The notes beneath the pieces are model-generated. The model searched no databases. It was not told the origin of the DNA and worked only from the letters and a program-made list of their open reading frames with translations. Shown here piece after piece: positions 12,961 through 26,399 of a stretch of 64,000 nucleotides of DNA. Position numbers and translations under genes: made by a program. The DNA lies in NCBI RefSeq assembly GCF_006345805.1, contig NC_043000.1:27962001-28026000 (forward strand), written 5' to 3'. The stretch's first letter is position 1, and each line of letters starts with the position of its first letter. This DNA is from Octopus sinensis. Lineage: Eukaryota.

Positions 12961-13030
<70 letters not shown>

Positions 13031-13560
13031 TATTTACACACATACACACACACACACACATATCTATATATATATATAGCATTACTACGTACGCTGAAGT
13101 GCAATCGAATCAGCCAATCAAAAAGCTCTCTCTCTCTCCCTCTCTCTCTCTCTATCGCTCTCTCTCTCTCTATCGCTCTCTCTCTCTCTCTCATCCTTTC
13201 CGTGTATTTCAGTGAATATAGTTATTTTTATCAAATACACTCTGGTACAAAAAGTTGAAAATAAGAAACAAAAAGATATAAAGCGTCTACTATTCAGCTC
13301 AAGTATACATGAACATTGAGAATATATCTTTTTTTTTCTTCTCCCTGCTTTGGTGCATGTGTATGTCAGCTTGGAAGTCCTTGTTGAACATAGCTACAAC
13401 TTCTATTCAATCTGCTTTCTGTTCATTCCCGCCTATAATAGGCGGGAAATCCTTCAGCTGACCTTTCACACAATTCTTTGTTATTTCTTGTCATATTCTT
13501 CAACATTATAATATACTTATACATGTATATATGTATATATATATATATAATATATATATA

Positions 13561-13591
<31 letters not shown>

Positions 13592-13877
13592 ATGTGTGTG
13601 TATGTATATATATATATATACTTATACATGTGTATATATATGTATATTCTTATATATGTATATGTATATATATACATACATACTTATATATATATACACA
13701 TCTACACATACATAAGTATATATATATATAAGTAGATATGTATATATATTATATATATAATATATATATATACAACTATACTATATATATATATATTACA
13801 TATATATACGTACATATATATATATATGTATATATATAATATACCTACGTATATATATATATATATATGTGTGTGTG

Positions 13878-13908
<31 letters not shown>

Positions 13909-14444
13909 ATATATATATGCACTATAAGGAAACACACACTCGAAAACAAAAAAACATCAACGAAAAACATAGGTTTGTAGGTAAGCAAAAATAATAAAAA
14001 AATAACTAAACGAACGAAAGAAGGAAGTAATAAAAGAGATTATATAATAAAAAAAGAAAAATAAACAAATAATCTGGAAGAAAAAATCTGACAGAAAATA
14101 TCATCCACTGGAGAAATGAGCGAGGAGAAATAACAATTCACCTTTGCTGCATTTGTATTTGTTGCAAACACCATTCATATATTCAGATGCAACAGTTCTA
14201 TATATCAGGTTTGTGATATCTACATATCACTTTTTCGTCGTCTTACAGTTTTGTTCTGATATTTTTGATGCTGTTGTTTGTTATCTTCTATAGCATTTAT
14301 TGGTTTTTGTTATTTTATTTTATTTTATTTTATTTTATTTGTTCTTCTTCTCTGTTCTCCTTTACTTTGACTTTCTTTTCTTAATTCGACTTATTTCGTT
14401 TCATTTCTATGTTCTTATTCGTTCGGAATATATACTTAGAGAGA

Positions 14445-14467
14445 GAGACAGACAGACAAAGAGACAT

Positions 14468-14544
<77 letters not shown>

Positions 14545-14547
14545 GAC

Positions 14548-14585
<38 letters not shown>

Positions 14586-14599
14586 ATAGATATATAGAG

Positions 14600-14658
<59 letters not shown>

Positions 14659-14775
14659 GAGAGATAGATAAATAAATAAATAAATAGATTTATAGATAGA
14701 TAGGTAGGTAGTTAGGTAGGTAGATAGATATATATAGATATAGATAGATAGATAGAGAGATAGAGATAGATATTT

Positions 14776-14859
<84 letters not shown>

Positions 14860-14870
14860 AAAGAGAGATA
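14445..14870. repeat. (GATA)n compound microsatellite
   Basis: Directly visible. Confidence 0.97.
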
Positions 14871-14961
14871 TACATTATTACATACATATATACACACATT
14901 TATCGTATTGATATTTCTGCGAAGAGAAAGATCAGCTTAAAACGTCGTATGACTTTGATGA

Positions 14962-15110
14962 ACATCCTCTTCCTCCTCCTCCTCATCATCATAATCATCA
15001 TCATCATAATTTCGATAGTCGTCGACATCATCGTCTTCTTCATCATGGTTATCACCCTGATTTTCATCTTTATCCTCATCGTCATCACCATAAGCACCAC
15101 TACTGCCACA

Positions 15111-15144
<34 letters not shown>

Positions 15145-15195
15145 TCATCACCATCATTACCATCATCATAATCATCTGCTTCATGTTCATCATCT
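14962..15195. repeat. Degenerate (CAT/CAC)n trinucleotide repeat
   Basis: Directly visible. Confidence 0.9.
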
Positions 15196-15671
15196 CAACA
15201 AAACTACCAACGTCATAACCATCCACCTCTCTATAATCAGCGACGTCGTATTTAGGATCAGAAAAAAACCCACACATCCATGTGAGCATCCTAAATACTA
15301 TATATTAATAAATAACCAAAAAACAAAAAAAACCTCTGAAATCTTTCCCAATACATTGCTAGTGTAAAGCTTGACTATTCGTAAGTAGACAAGCAGTCTG
15401 AACGACGTAGCACGGCCAAAGCTTCACACAGTTGCTGTATTTCCATTAGAAAGAAAACGATACAAATCACAGCAGAACGTATCTCAAACGCGACCAGCAA
15501 CTTAAGTATAGACTTCCTTCGATGTAACTGCGCTATTAACATCAACTTCCATTTTTATGTGTCTAATGCTTACTGCTTTTCTATCTCAAGTTAGGAGAAC
15601 AAATAAAATAAATAAATAATGGTGCATGATTCCATATGCTGGCATTGATGAAAATATTCTGGGTGCTACAT

Positions 15672-15802
<131 letters not shown>

Positions 15803-15879
15803 ATATGACCTGCATGATTCTATATGCATAGCAAACGTCAGTTTGTACATTTAAGCATGGTTTATGATACATATATATG

Positions 15880-15910
<31 letters not shown>

Positions 15911-16012
15911 AAACATACATACACACATATATATGTATATATAACACATATATATACACACACACATATATATATATGTGTGTGTGAGTATAACTGCATA
16001 TATATATGCATA

Positions 16013-16065
<53 letters not shown>

Positions 16066-16642
16066 ATATATAATGGATATGTGTATATAAACATGTAAAA
16101 GACATATGATTTGGGCCCAGATTAAATAATATAAATAAGAAAACACATTCCAGTACGAGATTTATTCTATAAAAGAAATAATATTTGATGGTAAAGGAAA
16201 TAACAGTTCACTCGTAATGGAAAACATATGTACACGCGAGAGCTACTACGTCGGTGATTTCCAGCCATCTCTAATAGAAGCACTGAATAATACGTTAAAA
16301 ATGTTACAACGCACCATTAGCTTCTTAATATAGTAGATGTATAAAACAGTTGTATTCAAATTAATGTAAAACAAATCGGTGTATGGTTTGCCCTTTGTCA
16401 GAAAGGAATATGTACCGACTTGTTTGTTACGTTGAATACACTCCTGGCATTTCTGAGACACCCACAAAAGAAACGCGATTCACACCTGAGGAAGAAACGT
16501 GTCATTCAAGATTATCTCGGTATTGTGGTTGAAAAAGACTGTCCGATATGATAGCTCCACCTGTTATAAATAACTGCTAGATCTCCTCTCCAGGTTTCTT
16601 TCAACCGTTTTGAATATGCCAAAGTGAACAGTATATAATATA

Positions 16643-17215
16643 TTGGTTGTCCGGAAAGTTCACGACGATTTTTAAAGGAAAGCAAAAGTTCAATAAATAC
16701 TTGTCATTACCCAAGCTTTACCAGGTGCTCGTGAACGACGGATTTTGATAGGAGGTTGAGGCTTTCTGCCAATTCTCGGGTTGTACTATGTGGGTTATTC
16801 TCAATTAATGACTTGATTTGATCATCATCTGTAGTGATGGTCTGCCTGATCGCTCTTTATCAATAAGGCTACGATCTCCAGCTCGGAACCTTGCGAACCA
16901 CTTCCGTACAGTTCTTTCGGATAAAGAAACATCACCGTAAACTGTGCATATTTCTTTGGTTGCTTGTAAGGCATTTTTCCCTTTACGGAAAAAGAAAAAC
17001 ATCACGTGCCGAAAATGAACATTCTTATCTTCCATTTTAAAGGGTTACAGAATTAACAGGATATTGGAACATAAAGCGTCTTCAACGAAAAGATAGCTTA
17101 AACTCTGCTCTAAATGTAGGTGTAGTCAAATTCTATTTTATGGACCCAAACATATTCTAAAATAAGTCGAAAGGTAAGCTGCTATAAATCAGCACGAACT
17201 TTCCGGACAACCCAA
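16643..17215 (-). mobile_element. Internally deleted mariner with both TIRs and TA TSD; keeps the N-terminal HTH region
   Basis: TIRs ttggttgtccggaaagttc / gaactttccggacaacccaa flanked by TA. ORF 17035-16805 MEDKNVHFRH...ICTVYG...ERTVRKWFARFRAGD...RSGRP is a mariner DNA-binding domain; the catalytic domain is absent. Confidence 0.92.
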
Positions 17216-17810
17216 TATTTCTAAAATTAAAGATTCGTCAATGATGGAACACAGTTACTCACAGTTCATTCGATCAGGGTTGACCCTGGGTTAAAAAGCA
17301 AAAAACATTTATGGAGTGCAATATATCCATAGGCTGCAATTATCGTCAATGTAGGCTGGCATTAAAACTGATAAATATTGTTCTGTAACTCATTTGCAAT
17401 ATCACATGGAATAGCTTAGAGAAGGTATGTGATTGAAAAGGTCTCGTTTGGCAACGAAAGAACTGTGACAGATATAGCTGATTGCTAGCTGCCTTGGTTG
17501 ACTGATTGAATGACTGACTGATTTATCAAACAATCAATTAATTAAAGGGTAAAATTGTTAACTTGTTAACGAATGATAACGTAATGAAATAGAACCGGTG
17601 CTTATATGTATTATTGGAATAATGGCCCTCACGTGATACAACAAAATATGTTTCCATACATGAGTTCATATCAGGGAATTCGGAAATAAATGCAAAATGA
17701 CTGAATCAGTGAGGCATTCAAGTATCTTTCGTCAATCTGATCTTTTATTAAAAGTGGATTAAACACACATCACAAAAGTATTCATTTCTAACTCTGTACT
17801 AAAACGATTA

Positions 17811-18129
17811 TTTATTATTCATTTATGCGCCCTTTTCAAGCCTAGCCAGGCTCATGGGCCCGGTTTCCGGGTTTTTATGGCGTATGTGTTCCCCCCAGCT
17901 GGACAGGACGCCAGTCCATCGTAGAGTTACTCAAGAAACATGAAGAAAGAGTGAGAGAAAATTGGGGAGAAAGAGTACAACAGGGGTCGCTACCACCCCC
18001 TGCTGGAGCCTCGTGAAGCTTTAGGTGTTTTCGCTCAATAATCACACACAATGCCCGGTCTGGGAATCGAAACCGTGATCCACCAACCGCGAGTCCGCTG
18101 CCCTAACCACTGGGTCATTGCGCCTCCAC
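17811..18129 (-). mobile_element. SINE family C (tRNA head, V-domain-like 3' part), full length with 13-bp TSD
   Basis: TSD actaaaacgatta at 17798 and 18130; A box tgacccagtgg, B box ggtttcgattccc; gatggactggcgtcctgtccag resembles the V-SINE domain. Confidence 0.88.
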
Positions 18130-18767
18130 ACTAAAACGATTAAGTGAAGTATATTTTCTGTATATCCAAAAGAGATGTCAATGGAAATTTGTAGCGATGG
18201 TGATCTCTCTAGAGGTAATACTGGCGATGCTGACGGAAAATAACTTCAAAAAGAAAGGTATGCTTTGTTGTGGCAGAATCATTATGCCAATAATAAAGAT
18301 ACATTCAATTCCATCTCTTTATTATTAGTCGATTGGTTACATATCTAACCAACTAATTAATAGATCGTTTGTTGAACGCGTTGATTAAATCGCAATTAGT
18401 TTGTTCATCAAACTTCCTTCGTTATTATTTGCAACTTTTTCAATGGCACGAGATCTACTAGGCGAAAGCTGCTTTCGAAGCGAGTTGGGAGATTATGAGA
18501 CACGGAAAGGTTGCAGACGGCAACAAAAGGGCTTTGGCGAACTATTAAACTAATTGACTATTAACCCAACACGTTAAACAAAGGATAGAATAGCTAGATG
18601 GTTAGATGTTTAAAACATTGACTATTAATAAGGAAAATAGATTTGAACTTGTGCCTATGTTATTATTGTTTGCGTAATAACTCTCTCAAGACGCAATAAA
18701 ATTTGTCTCAACAGACGAATTGCATCAATAACCTAGCAAAGCAAATACAAGGTCTAAATAAGAAAGA

Positions 18768-18910
18768 TATGACTGTGTAGTTAACAAACTCGCAATGCCA
18801 TCACATGGTTTTTGTTTCAGTAACACTGCACCACACCATGAACAAGTGTTTTCTACTATACCCGATCAATCCATCTGAGTGTTTGGTAGACGGAAACTGT
18901 ATGGAAACAT
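18768..18910 (+). mobile_element. Old 5' fragment of a family B-like SINE
   Basis: caagtgttttctactata...ggtagacggaaactg matches family B. Confidence 0.6.
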
Positions 18911-19100
18911 TATATACCTTTGAAAAGGTTAAATGAAAGCGCTCACACACACAAAGAAACAAACTTCTTCCGAAAAGTTTAGTAACATCCTGAATAATGA
19001 TTTAAATGCTTTTAAAAAAATCCTCCATATACTTAAAAAACTGTATTAAGTAATTTTCAGAAAGACTTTCAATCATACATACATACATACATACATATAT

Positions 19101-19136
<36 letters not shown>

Positions 19137-19153
19137 ATATATAATATATATAT

Positions 19154-19199
<46 letters not shown>

Positions 19200-19202
<3 letters not shown>

Positions 19203-19330
19203 TATAAGTATATGAAAGAATGGAGTTGAACGACTAGTTAAACAAATATCCTTTATTCTCCTTTATTTGCTACCCAGGTATCGGTTATTTCGAATTATCC
19301 TTAATAAGATAATTCATTTAATTACTCAAA
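19200..19330. mobile_element. Short PLE-LTR-like insertion with internal inversion, in (TA)n
   Basis: 19215-19260 matches 32555-32600 directly; 19266-19318 matches 32407-32460 in reverse. Confidence 0.65.
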
Positions 19331-19363
19331 TATATATATATATATAATATATATATATATATT

Positions 19364-19403
<40 letters not shown>

Positions 19404-19981
19404 TATATGTGTGTGTATATATATATGTATATATATATGTATATATATATGTATATATGTATAGTATATATATATATATATTAATCGAAGTGTATATTAT
19501 TATATATCCATTACGGTCAATCTTACTTCTCGGTTTTGCACTAAGAGTCCAACGGAGTGATAGGTAACAATCCGATTATGTAACCGCATGGTCTTTAGAG
19601 GTAGCCGTTATGAATCAAATACAGCGACATTCGCATAAGTCTTGCGTTGATTTGTTCGGGTACCCCAGAATGCCTGCAATCCAAGAAATGAACCGAATAG
19701 AAGGTAAAAGTGAAGATAAAAATCAGTTTTATCGATCACTAGATTCATTAAAATATTCAATCTTCTTTGCAACCATTTCCAAAATATTCGTTGATATCAA
19801 TGGAAACGGTAATCCATTTGCAAATGAAAGTTGTTATAAGAATGATGTACAAATATATTACGTAGTATGAGGGGAAATACTCTGCAGAACTTACATGGTG
19901 GTTAGGTGTAGAATATGACACTAGCCAACAACATAATAATTTCGGGCAACAAATTCCAAATTATCAAGAATAAAAAGTTTA

Positions 19982-20173
19982 GAATGGTGCAACAATGCAC
20001 TATAGTATAGAAAATGGGCTATATACCTGTTGTATATACTTGTTGCTGCGATTCCATCTCAGAATGTCTGCAGAAGGAATATTATTCCTAAATATCATAT
20101 CAGACTACGCATGACTTAATTACAACAGGTATACAGCTCATTGTCTATATTATAGTGTATTGTTGTACCATTC
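19982..20173. repeat. Inverted repeat, ~53-bp arms, ~86-nt spacer (MITE-like or hairpin)
   Basis: gaatggtgcaacaatgcac...cctgttgta vs tacaacagg...gtattgttgtaccattc; six mismatches. Confidence 0.85.
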
Positions 20174-20269
20174 AAAACTTTTTCTTCTTTACAAACAATA
20201 CACAATGCTTCAAGCGAACTACAATACTCTCCAAATTATCAAATAATATCCCTTCTAATTTTTATTCCA

Positions 20270-20463
20270 AGCTAACAATTTTGAGGAGAGGCAAAGTTGA
20301 TTACATCGATTCGACTTCTCAAAGGTTAGTCACTTTATCGATTCCAAAAGTTTAAGAGGCAAAGTCAACTTCGGCAGTATTTGAACTCAGAACGTAAAAT
20401 AGCCGGAGAAAATATCATAGCCATTTTGTCCAGCGTGCTTACGATTCTGCCAGCTGGCCGCCT
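20270..20463 (-). mobile_element. Family A SINE, diverged
   Basis: ggcaaagtcaacttcggcagtatttgaactcagaacgt...tctgccagctggccgcc. Confidence 0.75.
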
Positions 20464-20584
20464 TAATATACCAGGTAATATTGGGCTCACATTTTGGCAC
20501 AAGGACAGCAATTTCTGGGGAGGAGGAAAGTCGAATACATTACATCCGTAGTTAATTTAACGCTAGATAATATTCTTTACAGAT

Positions 20585-20977
20585 TTACTCTTTACTCTGT
20601 TACTTGTTTCAGTCATTTCACTGCGGCAATGCTGGAGCATCGCGTTTAGTCGAGCAAATCGACCCTAGGACTTATTCTTTGTAAGCCAAGTACTTAACCT
20701 ATCGCTATCTTTTGCCGAACCGCTAGGTTACGGGGATGTAAACACACCAGCATCGGTTGTCAAGCGATGTTGGGGGGACAAACACAGACACACAATCATA
20801 TATACATACACACACACACACATATATATATATATTATACATATATACAACGGGCTTCTTTCAGTTTCTGTCTAGCCCGAGGCTATAGTAGAAAACACTT
20901 GCCCAAGGTGCAGTGCGACTGAACCTGGAACCATGTGGTTGGTAAGCAAGCTACTTACCCCACAACCACTCCTGTGC
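20585..20977 (-). mobile_element. SINE family B
   Basis: Colinear with 9477-9886, with a small internal deletion. Confidence 0.85.
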
Positions 20978-21032
20978 GTGTTTATATTTATCCACTTCAT
21001 ACCATGAAAATGAAGTTAAGCATCGATACTTA

Positions 21033-21202
21033 TAATCCTTTCTATTATAGGCACAAGGTCTGAAATTTTGCGGGGTAGGGGGACCAGTGTTTCACTGGTA
21101 CTTAATTTATGACCCCGAAAGGATGAAAGGCAAATTAAACTCGGTGGAATTTGAACTCAGATCGTAGTGACAGACGTAATACCACTAAGAATTTCATCCG
21201 GT
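21033..21202 (-). mobile_element. Family A SINE, diverged
   Basis: gaccccgaaaggatgaaaggc...ggaatttgaactcag. Confidence 0.75.
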
Positions 21203-21520
21203 GCTTATGACAAAGAGGTATTGAGTACATATGATCATAGTTCCCATTTCCTCCTTGTATGGGAGGACAGTATCGATAAGATATGATTTAGTCGTATGTT
21301 GAGATTAGTTAAACGGAATTTCGGCACATGTCTATCTTAGTGCAAATTCTGATTAACACTTTTTATACAAAATATACTCTTATGTAGTGAATGAGGACAA
21401 TAATATATGTAAATGAGCGTGAAAAACTAGACTCTGATTTATATATGTTTATATGTATGTGTGATTGTGTGTGACTATGCGTATGTATATCCGAGCAATG
21501 AAGTCATTGGTTTTCAGTAA

Positions 21521-21836
21521 TAATAATTGGTCCCCCTCGGTCACGACGACGAGTGCTCCAGTTGATCCGACCAACAGAATAGCTTGCTCAGGAAAGTATC
21601 ATGGAAGTGGCTGAGTACTCCACAGACATACATACACCTAACGTAGTTCTCTACGAGATTCAGCGTGACAGAGTGTGAAAGGGCTAGCTCTTAAAAATAC
21701 AAGTATAATTCATGTTTTCCAACTGAGTCAACTGGAGCAACATGAAGTAAAGTGTCTTCCGCAAAGGCATAACGAGTGGCCGGGAATCGAACTAGTGATT
21801 TACGATCGTGGGACGAATACACTAACTCACTAGCCA
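21521..21836 (-). mobile_element. SINE family D (tRNA head, CORE-like domain)
   Basis: Colinear with 31513-31840; B box gttcgattccc on the reverse strand. Confidence 0.8.
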
Positions 21837-22054
21837 ATATATAGTACAGTACTGCACTGTGTAAGACATTTATTAAAATATATTAAAAGAAAATACGTAG
21901 TGTACCGTAGATGTGTAAACAAAGAATCCCGTATACTCTATAGAAAGCGAAAACTCGAGTGGCGAGTGTGTGGTGTTGTTTTGCATTTATAGTAAAATAG
22001 ATATATGCAAATCATAAAAATGATAAACAAAAAATATATAGTACATTACTGTTT

Positions 22055-22324
22055 CGACTTCCGCGGATTTTCACATATAGTGGTGGGGTTTGGAGCATAA
22101 CACCCGCAATAGTCGAGGGATTAATCTCTGGACTATCGCGAATGTTACATTCCAAAACCCCCTACAAAAATAATAAAAATATAAAAATATAAATACATAT
22201 TGGCTGCAGAAGCCCGCAACATACTGAGGAGTCTGCGATATAAATTTACATACGTTAGCCTGAAAAATTTGCGATATTCTTAGTGCGCGATAAGTGAACC
22301 GCGATATGACGAGGGATTACAGTA
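22055..22324. mobile_element. pogo/Tigger-like MITE fragments
   Basis: Terminal motif ccgcgatatgacgagggattacag-ta, plus a head-to-head junction of related ends at ~22103-22140. Confidence 0.5.
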
Positions 22325-22343
22325 CACGTATGTACATCTAATA

Positions 22344-22391
<48 letters not shown>

Positions 22392-22409
22392 ATATATATA
22401 TATATATAT

Positions 22410-22507
<98 letters not shown>

Positions 22508-22521
22508 ATATGTATATTAGG

Positions 22522-22733
22522 TACATATAAGAGGGAATTTACCACTGTGTGGAAACCCTATGCTAGAAGAAGATCCGCTATGGTCTTACCACTAAGGATT
22601 TTCTCTAGAAATTTAGCAAACACCAGAAATGTAAGCGAGCAAGACGAATGAAACAATTCTTAGTGGTAAGATCATAGCGGATCTTCTTCTAGCATAGGGG
22701 TTTCCACATAGTGGTAAATTCCCTCTTATATGT
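22522..22733. repeat. Inverted repeat, ~78-bp arms, between TA-rich runs
   Basis: tacatataagagggaatttaccac...ctaaggatt vs aattcttag...gtggtaaattccctcttatatgta; three substitutions and one indel. Confidence 0.95.
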
Positions 22734-22924
22734 ATATATATGTGTGTATGTCCGTGTGTGTGTGTGTGTATAAATAGTGTATTTTTAAACATGCTAGAAG
22801 AAACAGTCAAAACGACCAAATCCACATTTAAGAGCAATTTTCGAAGAGAATGAAAAATAAAAACTATATATATATATGTTTATATATGTGTGTGTATATA
22901 CGTATACACACACATTAACACACA

Positions 22925-22983
<59 letters not shown>

Positions 22984-23883
22984 ACATACACTGACTTTGC
23001 TCCGCTTCTATAACTTTTCTACACTCAAGATTATCCAGAAATATTTTCAGAACTAGTTTCTCTGTCTACTATATTTCCAAATATATCTTCAGAATCTTCG
23101 ACAGTATTTTAAGACATTTAGCCACGTCGCTTCTTCTGCTAATTGATATTGATACTGACGATCGTTATCGATCTACCGAACTCCATATCGATGAGATTTT
23201 ACTTCAGTATGATATATATCTGCGAGTCTGTATTATTGTAAGTCTGTACATACACACACCTATACATATATACCCAATGGCGTGTATGTGGCAGTGTCTG
23301 TACGTGTACGTGTGCGTGTATGCGTGTATGTGTGGAGATGTGTGAAGGGAATTTCTATAAAATATGCTTATGTCTTTACATGTAAGCATTTATTAGTACA
23401 CATTTGTATTTATGCATGTACTTGACAGTGGGTCGTCGTACATAGATGTAAGAATAGCTCAACATATAAGTATTTGCTTTATTTACTCCTTCCATACATA
23501 CATTAACATTTATATATATATATATATATATATACAGAGAGAGAGAGACAGAGAGAGAGAGAGGAGTATGCATATATAAATGTAAGCATGTGTATATACA
23601 TATATGTTTGTGTGTATGCGTACGTGTATGACTGTGAGGTCAGTGACAAAATACTTGCAAAAGTAAGTTCTTTACAAAACGTTTTTCATGTCATGATATT
23701 AGTGGCTTCATTATTTTACAGTGCAGAATTTTACACACCCACACACACACCCACACAGACACACACACACATACAAACAAACACACACACATACACACAT
23801 ACATGGATATATACATATATAGAGACATATATATTTATATACATACACATATATATACTTCGTGGCATATATAATATATATAT

Positions 23884-23917
<34 letters not shown>

Positions 23918-23933
23918 CTGTATATATATATTA

Positions 23934-24020
<87 letters not shown>

Positions 24021-24021
<1 letters not shown>

Positions 24022-24288
24022 GGAGGTGCATGGCTCAGTGTTTAGAGCGTCGAGCTTACGATCGAGAGGTTGTGAGTTTGATTCCCGGACCGGGCTGTGT
24101 GTCCTGTATTTTAACGACCCGGCCTTTTCACAATATGTGTCACGCTGCATCTCGTAGAGAACTACGTTAAGGGTATACATGTCTGTGGAGTGCTCAGCCA
24201 CTCGCAGGTTACTTTCACGAGCAGGCTATTCTGTTGGTCGGATCAACTGGAACACTCGTCGTCGTGACCGACGGAGGACCAATTATTT
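24021..24288 (+). mobile_element. SINE family D, CORE segment deleted
   Basis: Head tggaggtgcatggctcagtgtttag...gagtttgattcccgg; 3' half matches 21521-21710 in reverse. Confidence 0.8.
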
Positions 24289-24758
24289 TTACTGAAAACC
24301 AATGACTTCATTGCTCGGATGAAATGGAAGACTTCTTCGATGGCCACTAATCTAATACTTCTCCCTTCTTCAAAAGGTAACGATTACTATAATCTAAAAA
24401 AAATTATAAAGGCTCATCTCCGAAACCCTCACAGGTTAAACTAAAAGTGGTTCTTCTGCAAATGATCAGGAATATAAAATACCCCAGGTAAATTAATTCC
24501 TTTCGAAAAACCGCGCCAAGGTCCTTTTTAGGATAAAAAAAAATTCCCCGCATGTACAGGGTTTTTCGGACAAAAATGCGAACTTATATACGCTACTAAT
24601 CGATATGCACACCATCGTCATAACTATGGAAGTATATAGGAACTATAATCGTGCTAACCGGAATGATTTTAAGTATATGCAATGACCTACACTAAGCTAA
24701 TTGAAACCTTGGAATACATGCACGAATTGAAGAATACACCTTCCGACTCCTCTAATGC

Positions 24759-24793
<35 letters not shown>

Positions 24794-25102
24794 ATATAAT
24801 AAAGGCATATATATATGAATATATATATTCCTACGTATGAAGTGCGTACGAATGAATACACAGATATCGATATAGACATATGTGTATGAATACAGACAAA
24901 CACACATAGGCATATATTTACATCTATACGCACATCTGTGTTCTGTTCGCGCGTGTGTGTGTGTAATTATACGTATATTCATGTAGATAGTTGTGATGCT
25001 CCAGCATGACCGCAGGTGTATGGCTGAATCTAATAATATATAAAATAAGCATATATATATTATAAACTAAAATAAACATATATATATATGTGTGTGTGTG
25101 TG

Positions 25103-25155
<53 letters not shown>

Positions 25156-25162
25156 GTACATA

Positions 25163-25203
<41 letters not shown>

Positions 25204-25735
25204 GTACATATACACATTAGGAGTGCGTTTATGAGTGACTGTGTGTATGTATGTTCGTATTTTATTCCGTATGTAACGTATGTGTCAATATAGATTGTTT
25301 TATTCATATATATATATGTGAGTTACATACCGCTTCCTCTACCACCCTCATCACCACCATTTCCACCACACCGACTACAACGCCAATTTTAAAATGAATC
25401 ATTTATCATTTCCTGAAGGTATTTTATATAATTCTAAAACAGACCATTTGAAAATGGAATTTCAAAAATAAAAAAAACACAAACTAAAAATAAAAACATT
25501 GGTTCTTGTCAATTTGCCGAATGGGGAAGTTAATAATGACTACCCCAAAGGGAAAAGTAAAGGATAGAAATTCCCTGTAGATTATTCTTTGGAAACAGGA
25601 ACTAATTTACCAACTGTGACACTTATAGAAAAGCGTAAGCATAGAGCACAGATTAGACTCGTCTGTTTCGGAAAAGCAACTGGGTGATATTTTAAGCATT
25701 CTCCTCCTAGACGTATATATATATATACATACACA

Positions 25736-25770
<35 letters not shown>

Positions 25771-25810
25771 ATACATATATATATATATATACGTATATAT
25801 ATATATAAAT

Positions 25811-25843
<33 letters not shown>

Positions 25844-25881
25844 CTTCTACAAAGACACACATATATATATACATATATAAG

Positions 25882-25941
<60 letters not shown>

Positions 25942-26399
25942 TATTACATACATATATATATATGTATATGTATATATATATACATATATATGTTTATTTA
26001 CATATATATATATATTCATACATACATATATATGTGGGCGGGGTGGGGTTTATGTATGATTTATACATAGTGTAGCTGCAACAGTAGTTAGATATAGAAA
26101 GAGATATACTGTGTGTGCATATATGTGTGTATGTATATATAAATGCATATCTATATATATTTATCTATATTTATATTTTTATATATATATGCCTACATTT
26201 ACATTTGTGTATATGTGTCTGTGTGTCCTTGTTTAGTGAACGACAAAATGCTTACATTTAACCCACCACCGCATGAGCATTCGACTTACTGTCCATACTC
26301 CAACACTACTCCTACTCCATGTGCACGTGTGAGGTGTTTGTACATATTTGTACATGAACAGAATTATTTGCTTACATGAATATATTCGCTGATAATAAC

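Larger units (their letters stand above)
12412..12963. repeat. Long inverted repeat (~255-bp arms, ~40-nt spacer) of an HHR-bearing PLE-LTR-like sequence
   Basis: Arms 12412-12667 and 12708-12963 are near-perfect reverse complements; differences are mostly 1-nt indels. Confidence 0.95.

Noticed and set aside
14135-14250. Minus-strand AG/GTGAAT donor suggesting a small exon
   Set aside because: No polypyrimidine acceptor upstream; such motifs are expected by chance.
14900-15289. Met/Val/Ile-rich ORFs; also poly-K/R/E at 27145-27413 and poly-I/L/Y at 15.6, 29.8, 61 and 63 kb
   Set aside because: Trinucleotide repeats with no domain signal.
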